Source: Enterobacter phage Arya
DNA length: 41,918 nt
Strand: one strand, 5' to 3'
Sequence record: KX231828.1
Part shown: piece after piece, positions 17,941 through 25,944 of the stretch
Layout: each line of letters begins with the position of its first letter
Numbering within the stretch: position 1 is the stretch's first letter
Notes under the pieces: generated by a model
What the model was told of the DNA's origin: nothing
Databases searched by the model: none
What the model saw: only the letters and a program-made list of their open reading frames with translations
Program-made: the position numbers and the translations under genes

Positions 17941-18446
17941 TGGCCGCACGCGACGTTCGCAAGAACCTAAACCTGTTCGTTGATGGCCGGGGTTACGCTG
18001 GCCAGATCGAAGATTTCAACGCGCCGAAACTGACGCTGACCACGGAAGAATTCCGGGGCGGTGGCATGAACGCGCCGATTGACATCACAACAGGTCATGA
18101 AAAGCTGGTGACTGATTTCCAGCTTATTTCCTATGACAAAGACGTTTTGGCGCTGTGGGGCGTTACCGAAGGGAACCAGATTCCGTTCATTGCCCGAGAA
18201 GCGCTGGAATCCTTTGACGGCACCGTGACGCCGGTTGTTCACACCATGCGCGGGAAGATCACCGAAATCGACCCGCAGACCAGCAAGGCAGGCGAAGTGC
18301 CGCGCCTGAAAGTCACGCTGTCGCTGGTCTATTACAAAATGCAACACGGCCAGAGCACCATCCACGAAATCGACGTGGAAAACATGATTCAGGTCATCAA
18401 CGGCGTTGATGTTCTGCAATCCATGCGTTCTGCCCTGGGCATGTAA
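17940..18446 (+). CDS. tail tube protein (P2 FII-like)
   Basis: A 168-aa ORF: RKNLNLFVDGRGYAGQIEDFNAPKL is the FII-like N-terminus. It is ATGA-coupled to the sheath gene and followed by a hairpin plus T-run at about 18455-18480. Confidence 0.85.
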   Translation: MAARDVRKNLNLFVDGRGYAGQIEDFNAPKLTLTTEEFRGGGMNAPIDITTGHEKLVTDFQLISYDKDVLALWGVTEGNQIPFIAREALESFDGTVTPVVHTMRGKITEIDPQTSKAGEVPRLKVTLSLVYYKMQHGQSTIHEIDVENMIQVINGVDVLQSMRSALGM

Positions 18447-18507
18447 TTTTTTAAGGCCAGTCATTTGGCTGGCCATTTTCAACAATCATTATTTGAGGCG
18501 ATAAATC

Positions 18508-18798
18508 ATGACTACGAAGAAATTACCGGACTATCTGAAACTGAACGAACAGACCGGACATATTGATATCACCCTGGCGCGCCCACTGAACGTGGACGGT
18601 GCAAACGTCACTGTTCTGCGTATGCGTGAACCAACCGTGGCAGACCAGGAAGTTGCGGTGGACGCTGCTGGCAGTGACGCATCACGCGAAATCGCGATGT
18701 TTGCGAACCTGTGTGAAGTCAGCCCGGACCAGATCCGCAAAATGGCCCTGCGCGACTATAAGCGCCTGCAAGAAGCGTTCGTAAATTTTACCATCTAA
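18508..18798 (+). CDS. tail assembly chaperone E (P2 gpE-like)
   Basis: A 96-aa ORF directly upstream of the tape measure gene. Its stop lies 10 nt after the slippery heptamer A_AAT_TTT at 18783-18789. Confidence 0.75.
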   Translation: MTTKKLPDYLKLNEQTGHIDITLARPLNVDGANVTVLRMREPTVADQEVAVDAAGSDASREIAMFANLCEVSPDQIRKMALRDYKRLQEAFVNFTI

Positions 18799-18932
18799 GC
18801 CCGGAGTACATCCGTTCGGGCGTTCTTGCTCTTGCCAGCCACACCGGCTGGCAATTGTCAGAAATTCAACGGCTGAGGGTAAGCCGGTTTATATTCTGGT
18901 TAGAGGGCTTACCGAAGAATGGCCAGCAATAA
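18508..18932 (+). CDS. E+E' fusion chaperone via a putative programmed -1 ribosomal frameshift (about 18783-18789)
   Basis: The -1 frame is open from the slippery site to TAA at 18930-18932 (FYHLSPEYIRSGVLALASHTGWQLSEIQRLRVSRFIFWLEGLPKNGQQ). It contains no ATG and overlaps the tape-measure start, which is the canonical G/GT or E/E' arrangement. Confidence 0.55.
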
Positions 18933-21006
18933 GCAGTTAAACGCAACGATCACCATTGGCGGTGCCGTATCTGGCAGCCTGAAATCCGCTTTCGGCACCG
19001 TCAACAAGTCACTGCAACAGGTTGGCAGCACCATTACCAACCTGGAAAAACAGAACAAACTACTTGCAAACTCAATCCAGACGTTTGGCCGCCAGGGCAA
19101 AAACGTTGATTCTATGCGCGCGAAGTACGCCGCAAACACAGCAGCCATCGACAAACTGCGCACGGCGCAAGAACGCCTGAACCGCGTTGAGGCTGCGCGT
19201 GATCGCAACATGGCGAAGCGTGACGCTTACAAATCGGGCATTCTTGAAACGGTGGCCCTGGGTGCCACTGTGGTTGCGCCGGTCAAAGCCGCGATGGATT
19301 TTGAATCCACAATGGCCGACATCCGCAAGGTGGTGGACTTCCCTGAACCTGATGGCCTGCAAAAGATGGGCCAAACCATTCTTGATATGTCACGCCGGTT
19401 GCCGATGACCGCCAACGACATTGGCAAGATCGTTGCCGCTGGTGGTCAGTCAGGCATTGCCACCAAAGAACTGACCGCGTTTGCTGAATCCGCCATCAAA
19501 ATGGGTGTGGCGTTCGATATCACGGCAGACGAGGCAGGGCAGGCAATGGCCGAAATGCGCGCCGCGTTCCGCATGACGCAGCCGCAAGTCAACGCGCTGG
19601 CTGACAAAATCAACTACCTGGGCAACAACACTGCCGCATCAGCCAAAGACATTATGGAGATCGTGCAGCGCATCGGGCCGCTTGGTGAAGTGGCTGGCGC
19701 TGCGTCAGGTTCGATTGCAGCTATGGGCGCGACACTGCGCGGCATGGGTATTGGCAACGAGATTGCCGCGACCGGTATCAAGAACCTGTTGCTGAACCTG
19801 TCAGCCGGTAAGGCCGCCACAAAAGCACAGGTGGCAGTGTTTAAACAGCTTGGCTACACATCCAGCCAGGTTGCCAAATCCATGCAGTTGAACGCTGACG
19901 AAACGATCCGCGTCATCCTGACGAAGATTGCAAAACTGCCGAAGCACGCGCAGGCCGCAGCATTAACGCAACTGTTCGGCAAAGAGGTGGTTGGTTCAAT
20001 CGCGCCGCTGCTGACGAACCTGGACCAGTTGCAAGAAAACCTGAAACTGGTTGGCGACCAAACCAAATACGCGGGTTCGATGGAAAAAGAATATCAGGCG
20101 CGCGCGGCGACAACCGCCAACAGCCTGATAATTTTCCGCAACCAGGTGAATGCCCTTGGCGTCACGATTGGTTCCGTGCTGCTGCCAGCCGTCAACAGCC
20201 TGCTGATGACCGTGGGGCCGTGGGTTGGCCAGGTGACCGAACTGGCGCAGAAATACCCGACCGTGACGAAAGCCGTGATTGCGACCGTTGGCGCACTGGT
20301 GGCCATGAAGGTTGCGACGTTCGCGCTTGGGTTCGCGTTCACGTACCTGCGCGGTGGAATGCTGAACATCGTTGGCCTGTTCTACCGCACCGCAGCCGGT
20401 GCCGCGCTGGTTGGCACCACCACCACAACGGCAGCCGCTGGCCCTACCCTGTTGGGCCGTGCGTTCCTGTTCCTGGGCCGTGGCATCCTGTGGGCTGGCC
20501 GTATGCTGCTGCTGAACCCTATTGGCCTGGCAGTGACCACCATAGCTGGTGCCGCGTACCTGATTTATAAGAATTGGGAACCGCTGAAAGCGTGGTTTAA
20601 GGGGCTGTGGGAGGACATCACCCGGATTTTTGACGAGTCCATTGGAAAAATCATGGGCATGATAAACGGCATTAAGCAGAAGTGGACAGACTTCAAATCA
20701 TCCGTTTCTGACGGCGTTGGCGGTGCCTGGCAGAGTACGAAAGACTTTTTCAGCAACCCGTTTGGCACTGATGACAACACCGGCAAACCGGCTGCCGCTG
20801 CACCAGGCATGACGCCACCGGCAGCACCACAGATGGCCAACCGTTCTGGTGGAACCTACCAGGACAACAGCCAGAACACTTACCAGATTGTGCAGCGTCC
20901 TGGCGAGAGCAACGCCGACCTGGCCAAACGCATTGCCGCCGAACATGAACGGCAGCGCGGTGTTCGCCAGCGCAGCATGATGACTGACGGAGTAGTGACA
21001 CCATGA
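18919..21006 (+). CDS. tail tape measure protein
   Basis: A 695-aa ORF with a coiled-coil-rich N-terminus, a hydrophobic G/A-rich central segment and the TMP position after E/E'. Confidence 0.85.
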   Translation: MASNKQLNATITIGGAVSGSLKSAFGTVNKSLQQVGSTITNLEKQNKLLANSIQTFGRQGKNVDSMRAKYAANTAAIDKLRTAQERLNRVEAARDRNMAKRDAYKSGILETVALGATVVAPVKAAMDFESTMADIRKVVDFPEPDGLQKMGQTILDMSRRLPMTANDIGKIVAAGGQSGIATKELTAFAESAIKMGVAFDITADEAGQAMAEMRAAFRMTQPQVNALADKINYLGNNTAASAKDIMEIVQRIGPLGEVAGAASGSIAAMGATLRGMGIGNEIAATGIKNLLLNLSAGKAATKAQVAVFKQLGYTSSQVAKSMQLNADETIRVILTKIAKLPKHAQAAALTQLFGKEVVGSIAPLLTNLDQLQENLKLVGDQTKYAGSMEKEYQARAATTANSLIIFRNQVNALGVTIGSVLLPAVNSLLMTVGPWVGQVTELAQKYPTVTKAVIATVGALVAMKVATFALGFAFTYLRGGMLNIVGLFYRTAAGAALVGTTTTTAAAGPTLLGRAFLFLGRGILWAGRMLLLNPIGLAVTTIAGAAYLIYKNWEPLKAWFKGLWEDITRIFDESIGKIMGMINGIKQKWTDFKSSVSDGVGGAWQSTKDFFSNPFGTDDNTGKPAAAAPGMTPPAAPQMANRSGGTYQDNSQNTYQIVQRPGESNADLAKRIAAEHERQRGVRQRSMMTDGVVTP

Positions 21007-21410
21007 GTTTCATGATCCCTATCGGGCAGATGAACATCATGATGCAGTTGGGCAGTTTTCAGTTCAGCATCATGACGGCGGTTTACCAGGAGCTAATCCG
21101 CAAAAACGAATACAAGTGGCCATCGCAGCACCGGTTTGGCCAGCGTCCTTCACGCCAGTTCGTTGGCGTGGGTGACGAAACCATCCAGCTACCGGGCGTC
21201 ATTTATCCTGAATACCGTGGTGGGTTCCAGCAGGTTGAAGCCATGCGCCGCATCGCCGCGCGCGGTCAACCACTGTTGCTGGTGGATGGCCTGGGCAAGT
21301 TGTGGGGCCGTTGGGTGATCGAAAGCATTGACGAAAAACAATCATTGTTTGCCGCGTTCGGTGCGCCACGGAAACAGGAATTCACCTTATCACTGGCGAG
21401 GTTCGACTAA
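21003..21410 (+). CDS. tail protein U (P2 gpU-like)
   Basis: A 135-aa ORF: QFSIMTAVYQELIRKNEYKWPSQHRFGQRPSRQFVGVGDETIQLPGVIYPE is the gpU family motif. Confidence 0.8.
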   Translation: MSFMIPIGQMNIMMQLGSFQFSIMTAVYQELIRKNEYKWPSQHRFGQRPSRQFVGVGDETIQLPGVIYPEYRGGFQQVEAMRRIAARGQPLLLVDGLGKLWGRWVIESIDEKQSLFAAFGAPRKQEFTLSLARFD

Positions 21411-21625
21411 TGGCCGCACAGACCTACGTGACCAGCGACGGTGACACCGCCGATTACATCGCCTGGAAGTATTACGGCAACCAGGACCCCGGCACCGTTG
21501 AAGCGCTGGTGGATGCCAATAAAGGGCTGGCAGACATCGGCCCACTTTTACCGGCTGGCATGGTCATAACCCTGCCAGAAATCAGCACGCCAGCCACGCA
21601 GCAGGGGATTAAACTGTGGGATTAA
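21410..21625 (+). CDS. tail protein X (P2 gpX-like, LysM-like)
   Basis: A 71-aa ORF: YVTSDGDTADYIAWKYYGNQDPGTVEALVDANKGLADIGPLLPAGMVITLPE is the gpX/LysM motif. Confidence 0.8.
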   Translation: MAAQTYVTSDGDTADYIAWKYYGNQDPGTVEALVDANKGLADIGPLLPAGMVITLPEISTPATQQGIKLWD

Positions 21626-21628
21626 GTT

Positions 21629-22759
21629 ATGACTGATATTTCAATGGCGCTGACCGGAACGCGCGTGACGCCAACGTTTCGCGTCACAGCGAACGGCACG
21701 GACATAACCGCGAAGATTAACGAACGCCTGCTGACGCTGAACCTGACGGACGGCGTTGGCTACGAATCTGACACGCTGGATATTGCCCTGGCGGATGATG
21801 AACCGTTCAACCCAATCCAGATGCCTGAAACCGGCGCGGAACTGGAACTGTTCCTGGGCTATGACATAATCACGCAACGCATGGGCCTGTTTGTTGTTGA
21901 TGAAGTGGAATTGTCAGGCTGGCCAGGCCAGATGAACATCCGCGCACGCGCTGCGGTTTATGACCAATCGAAGGGTGGCAAAAAGGATCTGCAAACGCAG
22001 AAGTCACGAAGCTGGACGGCAGGCACGAAGTTTGGCGACATGATTAAGCGCATCGCTGATGAACACAGCATGGAATATGCCATATCGAAAAGCATCGAAG
22101 GCATAGCGCTGCCGCACATCGACCAGGCCGACGAATCCGACCTGAACCTGATGTTACGCATTGCCAAAAAATATGACGCCGTGGTGAAGCCGTCAGGCGG
22201 CAAAATCACGGTCACGAAACGCGGTGAAGGCAAGACGGCCAGCGGTGAAGAACTGCCAACCATCACGCTGCTGGCAGCAGATTGCACCGCGTACCGGCTG
22301 ACCAGCCAGAAACGCGAGAACGCAGGCACGGTGGTGGCGCAGTACCAGTTAACGAAGAAGGGCAGCCGGTTTGAAGTCAAAGTGGGTGAAGGCGAACCCG
22401 TCAAACGCATTGGAAAGGCATACCCGACGAAGGAACAGGCGCTGGATGCAGCCAAAGCCGAACTGGCCAGGCGCAGCCGCAACCAGGTGACGGTTGCCGT
22501 TTCCCTGCCTGGTGACCCGTCCATTGCCGCAGAATGCAAACTGGTGCTGGTTGGGTTCCGCGAGGGCATTGACGGTGAATGGTTGATTACCCGCGCAGAT
22601 CACCGGCTGGACCCGAACACCGGTTATGCCTGTGACGTGGAAGCCACCAAACCGAACAGCGAAGAAGAACCAAACGTGGAAGTTGTCGAGCACAAACGTT
22701 CAACATCATCCAGTTGGAACCCGGACGATGACGGGCCTGGCCATGTAATCACAGAGTAA
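21629..22759 (+). CDS. tail protein D (P2 gpD-like)
   Basis: A 376-aa ORF in the terminal position of the P2-like tail operon, with a P2 D-like N-terminus (TFRVTANGTDITAKINERLLTLNLTDGVGYESDTLDIALAD). Confidence 0.8.
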   Translation: MTDISMALTGTRVTPTFRVTANGTDITAKINERLLTLNLTDGVGYESDTLDIALADDEPFNPIQMPETGAELELFLGYDIITQRMGLFVVDEVELSGWPGQMNIRARAAVYDQSKGGKKDLQTQKSRSWTAGTKFGDMIKRIADEHSMEYAISKSIEGIALPHIDQADESDLNLMLRIAKKYDAVVKPSGGKITVTKRGEGKTASGEELPTITLLAADCTAYRLTSQKRENAGTVVAQYQLTKKGSRFEVKVGEGEPVKRIGKAYPTKEQALDAAKAELARRSRNQVTVAVSLPGDPSIAAECKLVLVGFREGIDGEWLITRADHRLDPNTGYACDVEATKPNSEEEPNVEVVEHKRSTSSSWNPDDDGPGHVITE

Positions 22760-22857
22760 CAACAAACATTGTTGTTGCATAATTCTGAATCACGCAATAT
22801 CATTACCTACGAACCGGGCGGAATGACTGCCCGGATTACTAACGAGGTAATGCCCAC

Positions 22858-23553
22858 ATGAACACATCAAAATCTTTACTTGCGATCCTGGTTGAAGAAC
22901 TGCCGAAACTCGGTGGCTGGCCGGACTGTTGCCATGCAATTACGCAGGATTCAGACGCAGCTATCAACACCTACAATTCAGCAGATGGTTTAGAACTTAA
23001 TCAATATGGAACATGGCGTAGTTTAGACTCCTGGATGGATTACTGCATTACGGCAAAAAACGCGCCATGCCTGGCATCAGATTACGCCACCGCCATCATC
23101 ACCCGCGACCAGTACGAAGCCGCGCTGGCTGATACCGCAACAACTGACGGCTGGATTGATTGGGCTGGTGGTGAATGCCCGGTGGAGCGTGGAACGCTGG
23201 TTGATGTTCGCTATCGTGACAGTACAGCATACCCCGATAAATACGGTACACCAGCGCTGGTGGCGGGTGGATATGGGGCAACGGACCGTCACTGGTTACG
23301 CGAAGGGATGCGTAACGACATCATCGCCTACCGCCTGCACCAGCCGCAGGACGCCAACAGCCGCGCGAATGATGACAGGCTGGAAGCCGATCTGAATGAA
23401 TGCATTGGGCAGCCGCAAAGCAATGAACATGCTCGCGATGAAATCCTTTACGAATTGGCGAATTTTGCCGCCAGCACTGTGACCAGCCTTGATATTGGCG
23501 TGGCAACAAACATTGCAATATGGCTTTCTGATAAAGGTTATCGTAAACAATGA
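22858..23553 (+). CDS. hypothetical protein (moron 1, conserved hairpin+leader upstream)
   Basis: A 231-aa ORF of unrecognised family. It is preceded by the hairpin CCGGGC-N9-GCCCGG and the leader AACGAGGTAATGCCCACATG, which is shared with two other genes. Confidence 0.6.
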   Translation: MNTSKSLLAILVEELPKLGGWPDCCHAITQDSDAAINTYNSADGLELNQYGTWRSLDSWMDYCITAKNAPCLASDYATAIITRDQYEAALADTATTDGWIDWAGGECPVERGTLVDVRYRDSTAYPDKYGTPALVAGGYGATDRHWLREGMRNDIIAYRLHQPQDANSRANDDRLEADLNECIGQPQSNEHARDEILYELANFAASTVTSLDIGVATNIAIWLSDKGYRKQ

Positions 23554-23635
23554 TTGTCCGTGGTTCTGACCTGCCCACGGTTATTGCGTGGGCATCATTG
23601 ATTATCATCGCAATTGTATTGGGATCTTTTTAATT

Positions 23636-24400
23636 ATGACTATTCGCAAACTGTATGACGCCAAAAAGCTGAACGCCAAACGCAATGGCGGCGCATGGTT
23701 CGTTCCATTCGCTGATTTGTACATGGAACCCGGCTACAACATCCGTGACGGTGAGATCAACGCGGAGAAGGTGCAGGCGTTCGCTGATGCCTACACCGCT
23801 GGTGAATACGTGCCAGCCATCACCGTTGACGTGACTGAACAAGGGCTGCGCGTGAACGATGGCCAGCACCGCTATTTAGGCGCGAAACTGGCCATTGAAA
23901 ACGGACTGGCATCGGTCCTGCTGGAAGTGGTTGACGTTACCGGCATTGAAACCGGCAAGAAGATTGCCCGCATGGTCAACGCCAATGACGGCACGCCAAC
24001 GTCACCTATTGCCCGCGCCAATGCCTATGCCCGCATGAAGGCGGAAGGCATGACCAATGACCAGATCGCCAAAGAGGTTCACCGCAGCCCGTCAGACGTG
24101 GCCAATTTCCTGGCCCTGGCTGCCTGCCCTGACGATATCAAAGCGATGGTGAGCGCTGGCCAGATGTCCTACGTGATGGCCATTGAAATGACCAAAGAGC
24201 ATGGCGACGACGCGCCAGCCGTGGCAGCCGAAGCGCTGGAAAAGGCCAAAGCCGCTGGCAAAGAGAAGGTGACGAAGAAGTTTACGGCACCGGCAGAGCC
24301 GAAGGAACCGAAGGAACCGGCTGAACCGGCAGCAACGGCACCGAAAGCGCCGAAGGCCAAACCGGAAGCCTTACAGCCGCCGTTCGGCAAAGCCAACTGA
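23636..24400 (+). CDS. ParB-like protein: N-terminal ParB/Srx-type DGQHR domain, central ParB HTH, C-terminal K/P/E-rich tail
   Basis: VNDGQHRYLGAKLA is a DGQHR motif (ParB N-terminal/DndB-like class). MTNDQIAKEVHRSPSDVANFLALAACPDDIKAMVSAGQMSYVMAIEMTK resembles the ParB HTH plus its following helix. The track ORF starts at 23588; the ATG at 23636 with RBS is more likely. Confidence 0.65.
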   Translation: MTIRKLYDAKKLNAKRNGGAWFVPFADLYMEPGYNIRDGEINAEKVQAFADAYTAGEYVPAITVDVTEQGLRVNDGQHRYLGAKLAIENGLASVLLEVVDVTGIETGKKIARMVNANDGTPTSPIARANAYARMKAEGMTNDQIAKEVHRSPSDVANFLALAACPDDIKAMVSAGQMSYVMAIEMTKEHGDDAPAVAAEALEKAKAAGKEKVTKKFTAPAEPKEPKEPAEPAATAPKAPKAKPEALQPPFGKAN

Positions 24401-24420
24401 CGCGCCTGGCTGAACTGGCT

Positions 24421-24555
24421 GTGCATGTTGAACTGGTTCAGGGCCAGGAAGATGAAGCGCGTTGGGATGACGAACAATCGCTGACGCTGTGCTGCCCTGC
24501 CGGGATCTGGAAGGAACTGGCACCGCTGCTGAATAGCTACCTGGGGGCCAAATGA
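24421..24555 (+). CDS. small hypothetical ORF (GTG start), coupled to the downstream gene
   Basis: About 44 codons ending in ATGA overlap with the next ORF. No ATG start is present. Weak. Confidence 0.2.
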   Translation: MHVELVQGQEDEARWDDEQSLTLCCPAGIWKELAPLLNSYLGAK

Positions 24556-24845
24556 AAGGCGAACTGAAAGCCGGTGGCCTGGCGCTGGTTTATGGGTTGC
24601 ATCGTGACGTTCACCACAACGGAAAGGCAGTAAGGCTGATTGACCTGGAAAGCGAGGAAAGCGCCATAACATTCGCCATAATGAACGACCTTGACGAGCC
24701 TGAACGGTGGTGGCGTGTAACAGGGTTGCTTCCCCATGACAGGGTATCAAAAGTTAAGGCGCGCAACCTGCTGCCAATCGACGGCGACGATCACCAGGAA
24801 CGTGACGAACTGGCCAAAGACAAACCGCGCGAGGTGGTGGCATGA
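24552..24845 (+). CDS. hypothetical protein
   Basis: A 97-aa ORF in a chain of ATGA-coupled moron genes. Confidence 0.45.
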   Translation: MKGELKAGGLALVYGLHRDVHHNGKAVRLIDLESEESAITFAIMNDLDEPERWWRVTGLLPHDRVSKVKARNLLPIDGDDHQERDELAKDKPREVVA

Positions 24846-25072
24846 TTCGTTATGTTATTCACCCCGGCTACGTGTTCAGCAAGAATGATGGTCAGCGCCA
24901 CTACATCAATGGCCATCAACTGATACGGCTTTACGGCTTGAATCCTGCCGAATGCGTCATAGCCAGTGAGCAAAACGGCTGGTGCGCGCCTGCCGGGTGC
25001 ATCCACCTGCGCCCGCGCAGTTCCGGCAACTATAAAATATCACCGTATCATAACCTCGCCGGTGAGGCGTAA
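24842..25072 (+). CDS. hypothetical protein
   Basis: A 76-aa ORF with its start overlapping the upstream stop. Confidence 0.45.
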   Translation: MIRYVIHPGYVFSKNDGQRHYINGHQLIRLYGLNPAECVIASEQNGWCAPAGCIHLRPRSSGNYKISPYHNLAGEA

Positions 25073-25081
25073 GGGGTAAGA

Positions 25082-25237
25082 GTGACTAACGAGAATTTCA
25101 GCTTTGAAGAGTGGTTTGATTTCCTGCGTGACCATGCGCGTAAGCAAGGCGGCGCGGCCAACTTTGCTGACGAATGGCAGGAAGATTATGACAACGGACT
25201 GACGCCAGAAGAAGCCTGGCGCAACGCCTGGGAATGA
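25082..25237 (+). CDS. small hypothetical protein (51 aa, GTG start)
   Basis: An AAGGGG RBS lies 6 nt upstream. The ORF ends just before a strong terminator. Confidence 0.35.
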   Translation: MTNENFSFEEWFDFLRDHARKQGGAANFADEWQEDYDNGLTPEEAWRNAWE

Positions 25238-25242
25238 CACAC

Positions 25243-25271
25243 AGCCCGCCACTTCGGCGGGCTTTTTGTTG
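25243..25271 (+). terminator. rho-independent terminator
   Basis: CAGCCCGCCACTTCGGCGGGCTTTTTGTT, abutting the 3' end of the tRNA gene. Confidence 0.75.
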
Positions 25272-25272
25272 G

Positions 25273-25349
25273 TGGCGACCCCACCAGGAATCGAACCTGG
25301 AACCTACAGCTTAGAAGGCTGTCGCTCTATCCGGTTGAGCTATGGGGCC
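25273..25349 (-). tRNA. tRNA-Arg (anticodon UCU, decodes AGA/AGG), CCA encoded
   Basis: Manual fold of the reverse complement gives acceptor GGCCCCA/TGGGGTC, D-arm GCTC-AACCGGATA-GAGC, anticodon arm ACAGC-CTTCTAA-GCTGT (U33, anticodon TCT, A37), variable AGGTT, T-arm CCAGG-TTCGATT-CCTGG, discriminator G, and CCA. Confidence 0.85.
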
Positions 25350-25461
25350 GTGTAATTATGTGGCGTGATTCAGCGTGTAGCCTGTTGCGTGGTACACCCC
25401 AAAGTACACCCTAACCTGTTTTGAAATTCGTATAACCTACTGTAAACACTCACTAATTTAA

Positions 25462-25692
25462 TCTGTTGCCAACCGCTTAGAAGGCATCAACCCGTTCACC
25501 CCGCGTGACCTGCGCCGAACCTGGAAAAGCCGCGCCGGTGACGCTGGCATTGACCGGTTCATGCGTGACATCATCCAGCAGCACGCGCAGACCGATACCG
25601 GCAGCAAACACTATGACCGGTTCGACTACCTTCCGCAGATGCGTGAAGCGATGAATAAATGGGAAACATGGTTGCAGAATGCTATAGCGTGA
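25462..25692 (+). pseudogene. 3' remnant (76 codons) of a tyrosine integrase gene
   Basis: ...NPFTPRDLRRTWKSRAGDAGIDRFMRDIIQQHAQTDTGSKHYDRFDYLPQMREAMNKWETWLQNAIA* matches the conserved C-terminus of P4/phage-type integrases (HDLRRT box and catalytic Y region). The frame is closed by TAA at 25459-25461 with no N-terminal ~250 aa present. Confidence 0.65.
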
Positions 25693-25914
25693 TGTAGAGT
25701 TATTTTATGCAGACGGTGGAGACGCTCCACGCCGGAGACGTAACCGGCACGCACCGTGATGCGCTTTTGCGAAACACTTTCCCCGTCTGGTGTTACCTCG
25801 CAAATCGTGAAAGCGCATCGCAGTGCGCCAGGCGTACTGATTGGAACTTACCCGACAATGAGTTTCCATTAAGGCAGGTGATCCGTATCTCGCATCACAG
25901 CGTTAAGTGACACA

Positions 25915-25942
25915 AAACCCCGCTTCGGCGGGGTTTTTATTT
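25915..25942. terminator. bidirectional rho-independent terminator
   Basis: AAAACCCCGCTTCGGCGGGGTTTTTATTT has an A-run and a T-run flanking a GC stem, between convergent plus-strand and minus-strand transcription units. Confidence 0.7.
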
Positions 25943-25944
25943 GG

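Noticed and set aside
25273-25349. A possible amber-suppressor tRNA that could explain the in-frame TAG in the TraR-like gene
   Set aside because: Folding the reverse complement places CTTCTAA in the anticodon loop with U33 and A37 in register, so the anticodon is UCU (Arg). A CUA reading requires a mis-registered loop.
25707-25910. 67-aa plus-strand ORF after the integrase remnant
   Set aside because: There is no RBS, the composition is odd, and it sits between the int remnant and a bidirectional terminator. It is probably non-coding remnant DNA.
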